A stretch of 64,000 nucleotides of DNA, taken from the NCBI RefSeq assembly GCF_054482525.1, contig NZ_CM137006.1; one strand, given 5' to 3'. The notes beneath the pieces are model-generated. The model made no database searches, was not told the origin of the DNA, and saw nothing but the letters and a program-made list of their open reading frames with translations. Every line of letters begins with the position of its first letter. Position 1 is the stretch's first letter. Positions 38,486 through 46,902 of the stretch are shown here, one piece after another. The position numbers were made by a program, and so were the translations under genes.

Positions 38486-40998
38486 TGCCAGTCGTACCAA
38501 CAGTATCCGGACGTCAGGTTGAGAGCCGTGGAGTTCAGTCAGCAGGCTTGCAGACGTTTTCTCAGCCAGGTATTGGTGATGCTTTTGTTCGGGCAGGGGC
38601 AGAGGCTATTGATGTTTTTGGTCAGGCAAAACAGCGTGCCAATATCGCTCTGGCTCAGGAGGCATCTCTTAACCTCAGTCAGATAAGCAGTGATCTGCTG
38701 AATAATCCTGAAACAGGATTGCTTAACCTGAAAGGGAAAAATGCTATTGGAAAAGGCCATGAGTATACGCAGCAGTTTGATGCTCAGGTCGAACAACTGG
38801 CTATGTCGCTGCCGGATGAACAGGCTCGTAATGCTTTCATGCAGCAGGCGCAGCAGCAGCGCATTCAGTTCACTACGCAGGCAGGGCGGCACGAGATAGG
38901 GCAAATAAATGCCTACGAAGAAGGCCAGTTTCAGGCTACGCTGCTGAACAATGGTAAAAATGCCGCAGCATTGTATGGCGACAACGCCGCATACGTATTG
39001 GCTAATAAGCAAACTTTCCAGCAAATTGAGGATTACGGCATTGCACATGGCTGGAGTGACGAGCAAATCCAGGCCAAGAAAATCGAGTTTAAAGAAGCAA
39101 CAGCAAAAGCAACTGCTCAAAATGCTATTGGAGCAAACTATCTTCAGGTAAGACAGCAAAACGGCGAGTTAAGCGATACTGCTGCTGGATCTCGCCGTGC
39201 TGTAGCAGATAGTGGCTCTTTCGATCGTACCCGCGGTATACGCAACAATAACCCCGGCAATCTTGAATACAGCAAAACTAATCCGTGGGTTGGGCAGACA
39301 GGTGATGATGGTCGCTTTGCTAAATTCGAAACACCTGAACACGGTATTCGTGCATTAGGGCGGAACCTGATGTCGTATCAGCGGCAGGGTATTGATACCG
39401 TCAGCGAGATAATTAATCGCTGGGCACCGCCCACTGATAAAAATGACACAATGTCGTATATCAAAGCAGTGTGCGAACAACTTGGCGTTTCTGCTGATGA
39501 GTCTCTCGATGCATCTAATCCGGATACCCTGAAGGCGCTTTGTGCAGCCATTATCCATCATGAAAACGGTAGCCAGCCATACAGTGATCAGCAGTTAACT
39601 GATGGTGTTAGTGCTGCGCTGGGGCTTTCTCAGCTACCGACAAAAAATAAACGTTATACCGGTGTAGCTTGGTTCGATGCTTTAAGTGAATCAGATCAGG
39701 CCAGCGTGTTGCGACAGACTGATGCACTAGCCAGACAACAGCAGGCTGAATATAAAACGATGCTCGACAGCCGGGTTCGCGATGCGACGGCTGCGTATAT
39801 GCGTGGCGTTGAATTTCCTAACCCACCTGGTGAGGATGATTTTATTGCAGCTTATGGAGTCAGAGAAGGAAACCTGCGATATACCGAGTTTAAGAATACG
39901 CAGATCGCCGGACAGTATATAGGCTCTTTCCGCAACATGCCGACAAGCAGCATTACAGCATATGTTGAGCAATTACGCCCGGATACTGGTGATACAGGGG
40001 AGGGGTATGCGGCACGCGCAGCTCTTTATGACAACGTTGTTTCGGCTGCAAATCAGGTGATAAAGCAGCGGCAGTCGGATCCTGTGCAGTTCTCTCTTGC
40101 CTCCGGACAGGCAAAGCCTATCGACATGAGCAATAAGGATAACTTTGGACAGAGCGTTGCCTTGCGTGCCGCTCAGGTCAGTGACCTTGCTAAGTCATAT
40201 GGCACTCCACTGACGTTCTTTTCCAAAGACGAGGCCAATCAGATCGGTGTTTTCTTTCGTGATGCTCCAGTTTCCCAACAGGCAGCATATCTCGATACCA
40301 TCAGGCAGAGCACTGGTGGTGGGCAGGTGTATATGTCAGCACTACAGCAGATCAGTGCCAACGCTCCATCTGCTGCCGTTGCCGGGATACTGATGGATAA
40401 GCCTGGTGGTATTTTGGCAGAAAAAAACTGGTTTAATCCGGATGTTTCCGTGTCTCCTGAAACCGCTGCGCAGACAATTCTTGCTGGCGCGGCGGCTCGT
40501 AAAGGTACTGATGATGCGAAAGGTATTCCGATGCCTAAAGATGCTGATCTTCGCCTTGAGTTTTCTGACATGGTGAAGGATGCATTTGCTGGTGACGCTC
40601 AGGGGGCATCAATGGCATACGAGATCGCAAAGGATTATTACGCTGGTGTGATGGCGAAAAAAGGCGTGGTATCAGGCGAAATTGACAATGATGTCTGGAA
40701 ACAGGCTGTTAACGTAGCTACAGGTGGCGTGCATGACTATAACGGAATGGGGAATGTCCTTTTGCCGTGGGGAATGTCTGCAGAGCAATTCGATAAGCAG
40801 GTTAATCAGGCTTGGAATGAACAAGTTGTCGGCTCTGGGATAAAAACACCGCCTGGTCAGTATGGTTTGCAAAGTTACGGCGATAGTCAGTACCTGGTGA
40901 AACTTGGTACTGGTTATCTGCTGAAAGATGATGGTTCTCCCGTTGTTCTTAATCTGACACAGAAGCGTCAGAGATTCTCCGGAGATATTCCGCAATGA
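38485..40998 (+). CDS. Large internal virion (ejection/core) protein with possible muralytic segment
   Basis: 837 aa starting at MPVVPTVSGRQ. The segment RGIRNNNPGNLEYSKTNPWVGQ...FAKFETPEHGIRALGRNLMSY...INRWAPPTDKNDT resembles a virion-associated cell-wall-acting domain that I recall from other phages. Confidence 0.5.
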   Translation: MPVVPTVSGRQVESRGVQSAGLQTFSQPGIGDAFVRAGAEAIDVFGQAKQRANIALAQEASLNLSQISSDLLNNPETGLLNLKGKNAIGKGHEYTQQFDAQVEQLAMSLPDEQARNAFMQQAQQQRIQFTTQAGRHEIGQINAYEEGQFQATLLNNGKNAAALYGDNAAYVLANKQTFQQIEDYGIAHGWSDEQIQAKKIEFKEATAKATAQNAIGANYLQVRQQNGELSDTAAGSRRAVADSGSFDRTRGIRNNNPGNLEYSKTNPWVGQTGDDGRFAKFETPEHGIRALGRNLMSYQRQGIDTVSEIINRWAPPTDKNDTMSYIKAVCEQLGVSADESLDASNPDTLKALCAAIIHHENGSQPYSDQQLTDGVSAALGLSQLPTKNKRYTGVAWFDALSESDQASVLRQTDALARQQQAEYKTMLDSRVRDATAAYMRGVEFPNPPGEDDFIAAYGVREGNLRYTEFKNTQIAGQYIGSFRNMPTSSITAYVEQLRPDTGDTGEGYAARAALYDNVVSAANQVIKQRQSDPVQFSLASGQAKPIDMSNKDNFGQSVALRAAQVSDLAKSYGTPLTFFSKDEANQIGVFFRDAPVSQQAAYLDTIRQSTGGGQVYMSALQQISANAPSAAVAGILMDKPGGILAEKNWFNPDVSVSPETAAQTILAGAAARKGTDDAKGIPMPKDADLRLEFSDMVKDAFAGDAQGASMAYEIAKDYYAGVMAKKGVVSGEIDNDVWKQAVNVATGGVHDYNGMGNVLLPWGMSAEQFDKQVNQAWNEQVVGSGIKTPPGQYGLQSYGDSQYLVKLGTGYLLKDDGSPVVLNLTQKRQRFSGDIPQ

Positions 40999-42797
40999 GT
41001 TACTTTGGCCTTAATCCAGTAAACCAGAATCAGCAGCTTGACGAAGCAGCATCAAATCCAGCTGGCTTTAACAGCGATGTTGGTTTTTTCGACAATGCTG
41101 TAGGAGCGGCATTGTCTGGTTTGTACTCCGGGCTGGTGGCAAAGCCAGATCAGTTGCTATGGGCAGGGATGGATAAAATCGTATCCCCGATTGCTCAGTT
41201 TGTTAACGAAAACACCTCGCTCAATGATACTTCAGTTTCATACATTGCCGAGCAGAGAAAACTAGCAGAGCAGCAGGTTAAGCGGCTGACGCCTGATGCC
41301 GCGACAACCGGAACCGCTGGGCAGGTTCTTTATGGGTTGTTCGATATGGGCGGGCAGGCTGTTGTCGGTACAACGCTCGGTGGTCCTGTCGGAGGTGCAG
41401 CGGCGGTAACTTCGCTACAGGGTTTTTCTGAGTTTGAACGGCTGACAGCACAGGGTGTTGATTTCAGGACGGCGCAGGAAGCGGGATTAGTGCAGGGCAT
41501 TACTGCTGGTGCCGGAACGCTGATCCCTATGAGCCTCGGGTTACGTGCTGGTGGTGCGCTGGCGGAAGGTGTGGCGGCTCAGCTTGCGCGGACGGGTGAG
41601 AGTTCAGTGCGACGCGCCGCAGCAACAGCAGTACGTGCAACGCCAGATATTGCCTATGCCGCAGGTACAAATATTGCGTTCGGTATGGCACAGCGTGGGC
41701 TTACTGCAAAAACACTTCGTGATGGTGGCTATAGCGAAATGGCTAACCAGTATGATGTGTTGGATCGACAGGCAATTGCTATTGATGCTGTTCTTGGGGT
41801 GGCGTTTGGTGGTGTCGGCAGATTTATTAACTCTCGCGGCGAGTCTACAAACGCACCAAATTTTTCACCAGTTGATATCGATGCTGCACTGGCGGCGAAT
41901 GCCGCTCATCATGCTGAAATTGATATTGCGCCCGGCGTGCCGATCAACGTGCTTTCGCGCAATTCTCACATTCAGGCTCTGCGAAAAGCTATGTCTGATG
42001 TTAGCCAGGGGAGACCTGTAGACGTTGCCAGCATTGTTGAGTCTGCATCTTTCAGTGAAATTCCTGGGCGCAAGAGTCTGCTGTCTCAGGCAGTTAATGA
42101 GGCTCTGTCATCTGTAGATGATGGAGTAACGGCGCGCGCTATAGAAAATCGGTTGCTTGAAGAACAGGCCGCGCAGCTTTTGCCGCGTGGAGATAGACAG
42201 GTTTACCAGTCTGAAATCGCTAATAGCCAACGAATTATTGAAAATCTCACTGAACAGCGTGCACAAATTCTTGCAGAAGAGCCAACCGGTAGCGGTAAAG
42301 CTTTGTCTCGTGCTCGATCAGATAAACAGGCCAGACTTCGCGATATTGATCAACGAATCCGGCAGGCACAAGAACGCCTGGAATTTTCCCGTAACGCGTT
42401 GGCACCGCACGAGCCTGGCGGTCAGTTTTTTGAAGCTCGAGCAGAACTGGCTCGGAGACAGCAGGCAGAAAGTGAACTTAATGCTCAGGCTGTTTCATTC
42501 TATAAAACAGCAGAGGTCAGGACGCCAGACGAAGTAGCTCCTTTTGAGCCTGATAAAATATTGCAACAGGCAGAACAAAAAATGATGTCAGATCAGGCAG
42601 GAGATATTGATCTGCGCATAGCTGAAGACTCGCTGCTTGAATCACCTGACATGATAATCACCGTGCTGGATGATGATGGTAATCCACAATCGCGCAGTGC
42701 GCGTGAAGTACTGGATGAAGCGAACAGGGAAAGTGAGCAGGCAATACAGGATTCCAGCCTGTTTGATGTTGCTGTGGCGTGTTTCTTGAGAGGTTAA
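40995..42797 (+). CDS. Large internal virion (ejection/core) protein
   Basis: 600 aa with an Ala/Gly-rich N-terminal half and a coiled-coil C-terminal half. Confidence 0.5.
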   Translation: MSYFGLNPVNQNQQLDEAASNPAGFNSDVGFFDNAVGAALSGLYSGLVAKPDQLLWAGMDKIVSPIAQFVNENTSLNDTSVSYIAEQRKLAEQQVKRLTPDAATTGTAGQVLYGLFDMGGQAVVGTTLGGPVGGAAAVTSLQGFSEFERLTAQGVDFRTAQEAGLVQGITAGAGTLIPMSLGLRAGGALAEGVAAQLARTGESSVRRAAATAVRATPDIAYAAGTNIAFGMAQRGLTAKTLRDGGYSEMANQYDVLDRQAIAIDAVLGVAFGGVGRFINSRGESTNAPNFSPVDIDAALAANAAHHAEIDIAPGVPINVLSRNSHIQALRKAMSDVSQGRPVDVASIVESASFSEIPGRKSLLSQAVNEALSSVDDGVTARAIENRLLEEQAAQLLPRGDRQVYQSEIANSQRIIENLTEQRAQILAEEPTGSGKALSRARSDKQARLRDIDQRIRQAQERLEFSRNALAPHEPGGQFFEARAELARRQQAESELNAQAVSFYKTAEVRTPDEVAPFEPDKILQQAEQKMMSDQAGDIDLRIAEDSLLESPDMIITVLDDDGNPQSRSAREVLDEANRESEQAIQDSSLFDVAVACFLRG

Positions 42798-42802
42798 ATT
42801 AA

Positions 42803-45277
42803 ATGAGACAGGAATGTATACAAGCGGTCCAGCAGGCGGCGCAGCGCACGTTAACGGCGCGAGAAATACAGAACATTGAAGACCGCATTTATCGAAATAT
42901 GCGCTCCATTGCTCGTGATGACCCGATGTCGTGGCGACAACTTTCCGAATCAGAACGGTTGTATCGTGCAGCACAATTGGCATCTGAAGAATTACAGCGA
43001 GAAGCGGCATTAAAGAAACGTCGTGTGGCCCTCACTATAGCCGCACGTCAGAGATTGGATAAATTTATCAATAGCTATCAAGGGGCTGATGGGAAACTTG
43101 GCGCTCTTAACCGTACTATTGCTTTTAATGCAGACGGTAAATCGAATTTCCTCTCTGTTGAATCCAGAACAAAAGCCACCCGTGATTATGCATTGAGTCA
43201 ATTGCAGGAGGCATTCGAAGCAGTTGATCCTCGCTTTTTTGGTCTGTTTGAAGATGAAGCGGGCGTACGTGACCTGATATATGAAATGCGGGGGCAAAAT
43301 ACTGGCAATGCTAAAGCAAGAAAAGGTGCTAAGGCGTGGAGAGAAGTTACAGAGCTGCTGCGCCGCCGGTTTAATGATGCTGGTGGGGACATTGGCTATC
43401 TCGAAAACTGGGGGATCCCTCAACATCATTCTATGGAAAAGGTTGGGGCGGTATCAAAAGATAAATGGGTTAGCGATGTTATAGGTAAGCTGGATCGCAA
43501 ATATTATACCCGAGCCGATGGACAACTGATGAACGATGCCGAGTTGTCTGCATTTCTTGGAGAGGCTTATAACACGATCGCTACTGGTGGGCTGAATAAG
43601 CTTACTGATACCGGAATGCGAATTTCCGGCGCACGTGCTAACCGTGGTAATGCATCACGACAGATACATTTCAAAGATGCAGATTCCTATCTGCAATATC
43701 AGCAACTTTATGGCGATCGCTCTCTATGGGAAATCATGGTCGGTCACCTGGAAGGTATCAGTAAAGATATTGCACTGGTGGAAACATATGGTCCAAACCC
43801 CGATCATGTTTTCCGCTCTCTTCTTGATCAGGTGAAGGCAGAAACGGCAACAGCTAACCCGAGTAAAACCGGTAAAGTCGAGCGGCTGGCGAACAACACA
43901 GAGAATCTGTACAACTTTATTTCCGGAAAGACACAGCCTGTAGCGAATCCGCACATCGCGCGATGGTCTGACAATATCCGCAACTGGCTGGTTGCCAGCA
44001 GACTCGGATCCGCGTTGCTGTCATCGTTCTCTGATCTTGGAACCATGTATCTGTCTGCGAAGGTTACCAACCTTCCAATGAACCAGTTATTCCGCAACCA
44101 GCTTGAAGCTATGGACCCAACGAACCGTACAGAACTTGCGCGGGCGCGCCGCGCTGGTCTGGCGATGGAATCTCTACTTGGCAGCGTTAACCGCTGGGCG
44201 ATGGATAATATGGGGCCGTCTGTGTCTCGTTGGGCTGCAACGGCGGTAATGCGTGCCAGTGGGCTTACAGCATGGTCAGATGCGCACAAGCGCGCCTATG
44301 GCGTAACCATGATGGGAAGCCTGGGAGAAGTAGTGTCACGGACACCAGACCTTCGTCGCCTCGATGACTCTGATTTTCGTATCCTGAAAAGCAAAGGGAT
44401 TACTGACACAGACTGGAGCGTATGGAAGTTGGCGCAACAGGAGGACTGGGGGAACGGTAATAATACGATGCTGACACCGGAAAGCATTATGCGTATCCCT
44501 GATTCAGCAGTTAAACATCTTGGTGAGCCTGAACGCGTGAAATTTGAGGCAATGCGTAAACTGCTCGGTGCCGTAACTGAAGAAGTTGATATGGCTGTTA
44601 TTACACCGGGAGCACGTGAGCAACTGATAACCGGTTCTGGTATTCAGCGTGGAACATGGAAAGGTGAATTAACGAGAAGTGTTTTCCTGTTTAAATCGTT
44701 CCCTATCTCGGTTGTTATGCGTCACTGGTCACGCGCTATGGGTATGCCGTCTGCTGGTGGGCGTGCGGCATATATTGCGACGTTTATTGCCAGTACGACC
44801 ATTCTTGGCGCTTTGTCGCAACAACTTAACGACCTTGCGTCTGGTCGTAATCCTCGAGAGATGACAGGAGAAGATGCTGCTAAATTTTGGCTTGGTGCTC
44901 TACTGAAAGGTGGTGGTCTTGGCCTTTACGGTGACTTTTTATTGTCAGATCACACTAGGTACGGGAGCGGCGCGCTGGCGTCGATGCTTGGCCCGGTAGC
45001 TGGTCTGGTTGATGACGTAGTGAAGATAGCTCAGGGCATACCGCTAAATGCTGTGGAAGGGAAGAGTGAGCAGACTGGTGGTGATCTGGTGAAGCTGGGG
45101 AAAGGTTTGATGCCAGGTGCGAATCTCTGGTACTTGAAGGCGGCTCTCGATCACATGATCTTTAATCAGATGCAGGAGTATTTTTCACCAGGCTATTTGC
45201 GTAAAATGGAGCAACGTTCGAAGAAAGAGTTTAACCAGACATACTGGTGGCGACCTCAGGATGTCACTCCGCAATAA
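42803..45277 (+). CDS. Large internal virion (ejection/core) protein
   Basis: 824 aa with C-terminal hydrophobic segments. Confidence 0.5.
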   Translation: MRQECIQAVQQAAQRTLTAREIQNIEDRIYRNMRSIARDDPMSWRQLSESERLYRAAQLASEELQREAALKKRRVALTIAARQRLDKFINSYQGADGKLGALNRTIAFNADGKSNFLSVESRTKATRDYALSQLQEAFEAVDPRFFGLFEDEAGVRDLIYEMRGQNTGNAKARKGAKAWREVTELLRRRFNDAGGDIGYLENWGIPQHHSMEKVGAVSKDKWVSDVIGKLDRKYYTRADGQLMNDAELSAFLGEAYNTIATGGLNKLTDTGMRISGARANRGNASRQIHFKDADSYLQYQQLYGDRSLWEIMVGHLEGISKDIALVETYGPNPDHVFRSLLDQVKAETATANPSKTGKVERLANNTENLYNFISGKTQPVANPHIARWSDNIRNWLVASRLGSALLSSFSDLGTMYLSAKVTNLPMNQLFRNQLEAMDPTNRTELARARRAGLAMESLLGSVNRWAMDNMGPSVSRWAATAVMRASGLTAWSDAHKRAYGVTMMGSLGEVVSRTPDLRRLDDSDFRILKSKGITDTDWSVWKLAQQEDWGNGNNTMLTPESIMRIPDSAVKHLGEPERVKFEAMRKLLGAVTEEVDMAVITPGAREQLITGSGIQRGTWKGELTRSVFLFKSFPISVVMRHWSRAMGMPSAGGRAAYIATFIASTTILGALSQQLNDLASGRNPREMTGEDAAKFWLGALLKGGGLGLYGDFLLSDHTRYGSGALASMLGPVAGLVDDVVKIAQGIPLNAVEGKSEQTGGDLVKLGKGLMPGANLWYLKAALDHMIFNQMQEYFSPGYLRKMEQRSKKEFNQTYWWRPQDVTPQ

Positions 45278-45286
45278 GGAAGTGTT

Positions 45287-45460
45287 GTGTTTTTAATTAT
45301 TTTGAGTGTGATAATTTCTGGTGGATTGTTATTTATTGACCGCTACAAATATTTTCTTAACCCTCAGACTCAAGCTATTTGCTGGTTCATCTTTGTTGTG
45401 CAGGGAGTAGTTCTTGTTGCAAGCCTTATTGAGGGGAGGCCTCTTATTTTTACTGGGTAA
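45287..45460 (+). CDS. 57-aa two-TM membrane protein (hypothetical)
   Basis: The GTG start has AAGGAAG 4 nt upstream. The sequence is VFLIILSVIISGGLLFIDRYKYFLNPQTQAICWFIFVVQGVVLVASLIEGRPLIFTG. It is below the ORF-track cutoff. Confidence 0.35.
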   Translation: MFLIILSVIISGGLLFIDRYKYFLNPQTQAICWFIFVVQGVVLVASLIEGRPLIFTG

Positions 45461-45472
45461 ATAGGTGACTAC

Positions 45473-45769
45473 ATGCAAGCTATAGGATTCATTGTTTATA
45501 TCGTCGTTGGTCTTTTTCAGTTGGCAGCAATTATGGCTGGGCTTGAATCATGGTGGGGATTGCACTGGATAATTGCAGCCCCCATTGCTTTCATCGTGAG
45601 CTATATTCCATTTGTTGGAGCGATTGTTGGTATGGTTGGCGCTGTGGATGTATGGCGGTGGGAGTGGTGGCAGGCTGGCCTTCTCTTCTTTGGTGGGATC
45701 ATCTTTGCTATTGTCTGCGGTGGAATGTCATCATTTTTCGAATGGCTATCATTCAGAAAAGGGACGTGA
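45473..45769 (+). CDS. 98-aa polytopic membrane protein (hypothetical)
   Basis: It has three to four hydrophobic segments and is Trp-rich (VDVWRWEWWQAG). Confidence 0.55.
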   Translation: MQAIGFIVYIVVGLFQLAAIMAGLESWWGLHWIIAAPIAFIVSYIPFVGAIVGMVGAVDVWRWEWWQAGLLFFGGIIFAIVCGGMSSFFEWLSFRKGT

Positions 45770-45777
45770 CATGTCAC
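45766..45777. repeat. Palindrome GTGACATGTCAC, copy 3
   Basis: It overlaps the stop codon of the 98-aa gene and directly abuts a terminator. Confidence 0.7.
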
Positions 45778-45802
45778 AGGCCGCTTTCGCGGCCTTGTTT
45801 TT
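45778..45802. terminator. Terminator at the end of the structural operon, shared with the convergent small gene
   Basis: AGGCCGC-tttc-GCGGCCT is followed by TGTTTTT. Confidence 0.75.
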
Positions 45803-45962
45803 AACGAATGCCACCGCCGCCCGGACGGGAATCCGCAGAACGCCCACCGCAGCGGGAGCCGTCAGCGGCAGTATCGCTGTCGTGCTGACAACGACCGGCA
45901 AAGGCCTGAGTTGAAGCTACCAGAGACAACAAAACGAACAGTGCAGCAAATGCTTTTTTCAT
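45801..45962 (-). CDS. Secreted 53-aa pre-peptide (signal peptide plus 31-aa Gly/Arg/Asp-rich, two-Cys mature part)
   Basis: MKKAFAALFVLLSLVASTQAFA | GRCQHDSDTAADGSRCGGRSADSRPGGGGIR. The longer GTG start at 46034 would begin inside the upstream terminator. Confidence 0.45.
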   Translation of the reverse strand: MKKAFAALFVLLSLVASTQAFAGRCQHDSDTAADGSRCGGRSADSRPGGGGIR

Positions 45963-46034
45963 TGTGAAATTTCCATCTATAAGCCACCTCAATGTGGCGT
46001 CAATGAGTGTAGCACTGACTTTTGTTTCGTCCAC

Positions 46035-46055
46035 AAAAAATCCCGCAGCGCGGGC
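46035..46055 (-). terminator. Terminator after the YafO-like gene
   Basis: On the minus strand, CCCGC-gct-GCGGG is followed by ATTTTTTG. Confidence 0.5.
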
Positions 46056-46601
46056 TTATTCCTTCCATTTATCAGAAAAAAGATCTTCTTCTAAAGGCAT
46101 TGGTTCTGTTTTTGTTTTCTCAAAGAATTGATAACTGATAGTGATTGCTGCCTCTTTAAACTCTTCTTGCTCAGTTATGTTGTGGGCATCTGCGTCAACA
46201 AAAAACATAACCAGCGCATCACGATTGTGATTTACCGAATAAACTAAAAAGCAATTACTTGTTGGTATGCATTTTACTTGCACAGACGCTATTTTTTTCC
46301 ATGCATCCCAAGATGATTTTTTACCAGTGTGTTTTTTATCACTATCTTCTGGAATATAGTCTTGGTTATCGACATGAGTATGCCTGACATTTAGTTTAAG
46401 CATTTCTGTCGGACGAGCAAATGCAGCATCTTTACCAAGAGATGGATGGTATCCCGTTTTCCAATACTGGGTAAAGGCATCAGATACTTTCTTCAGCTCA
46501 AGATCAGATGCACAAAGGGCCGAGAAATTTTGCGTATGCAATACTCGACCCTTATATCTGACAATTTGATTTTTATCATTCTGCGACGCAGACGAACTCA
46601 T
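46056..46601 (-). CDS. YafO-like toxin domain protein (putative ribosome-dependent mRNA interferase)
   Basis: It starts at MSSSASQ after AAGGAAAATT. The pattern F.QYWKTGYHPSLGKDAAF....LKLNVRHTHV...TSNCFLVYSVNHNRDALVMFFVDADAHN parallels the E. coli YafO pattern F.SYKRDGVLPDIFGRDALY...VAHIHL...DEAHLVYCQG...AWLLIAILKPEPH. Confidence 0.45.
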   Translation of the reverse strand: MSSSASQNDKNQIVRYKGRVLHTQNFSALCASDLELKKVSDAFTQYWKTGYHPSLGKDAAFARPTEMLKLNVRHTHVDNQDYIPEDSDKKHTGKKSSWDAWKKIASVQVKCIPTSNCFLVYSVNHNRDALVMFFVDADAHNITEQEEFKEAAITISYQFFEKTKTEPMPLEEDLFSDKWKE

Positions 46602-46755
46602 AATTTTCCTTATTGTTACGAGAATCAAAGAAAGCGCGGGATACGCGACTTGCGTGATCTTTTGTCATAGTAACTTTTACGCACTCTACGCTTCCATTGA
46701 AAGAACGTCTTGCGGCAGCTTGCGCTCTACGCATCTGCAATTTTTCGTTTCGCAT
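46576..46755 (-). CDS. 59-aa basic protein upstream of and overlapping the YafO-like gene (candidate antitoxin/regulator)
   Basis: MRNEKLQMRRAQAAARRSFNGSVECVKVTMTKDHASRVSRAFFDSRNNKENYEFVCVAE. A GAGGT SD lies 6 nt upstream, and it overlaps the downstream start by 26 nt. Confidence 0.3.
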   Translation of the reverse strand: MRNEKLQMRRAQAAARRSFNGSVECVKVTMTKDHASRVSRAFFDSRNNKENYEFVCVAE

Positions 46756-46781
46756 GACATTACCTCATATCTCATAAGTTC

Positions 46782-46810
46782 ATTACACGGATTAATAAAA
46801 ATGAAACCAA
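46782..46810 (-). promoter_or_regulatory. Candidate sigma70 promoter of the YafO-like operon (TTGGTT-17-TGTAAT)
   Basis: Read on the minus strand. The dyad O11 lies 4 nt upstream of the -35. Confidence 0.4.
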
Positions 46811-46814
46811 TCCG

Positions 46815-46831
46815 TTTACCCTTGAGGTAAT
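46815..46831. promoter_or_regulatory. Dyad site O11 (TTTACC-CTTGA-GGTAAT)
   Basis: Perfect TTACC-N5-GGTAA. Confidence 0.55.
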
Positions 46832-46867
46832 AGTACGCTATTCACCCACAGTCTGCAATCTGTACAG

Positions 46868-46894
46868 AATTATTTAAAGGCACATCCCTGTGCC
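46868..46894 (-). terminator. Hairpin after the Bro-N gene
   Basis: On the minus strand, GGCACA-ggga-TGTGCC is followed by TTTAAATAATT. Confidence 0.45.
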
Positions 46895-46902
46895 GCCGCC
46901 CG

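Noticed and set aside
46848-46867. ACAGTCTGCAATCTGTACAG as a possible second LexA box near the YafO-like operon.
   Set aside because: The half-sites are in the wrong order (ACAG-N8-CTGT), and CTGTACAG has no spacer. It does not fit CTGT-N8-ACAG.
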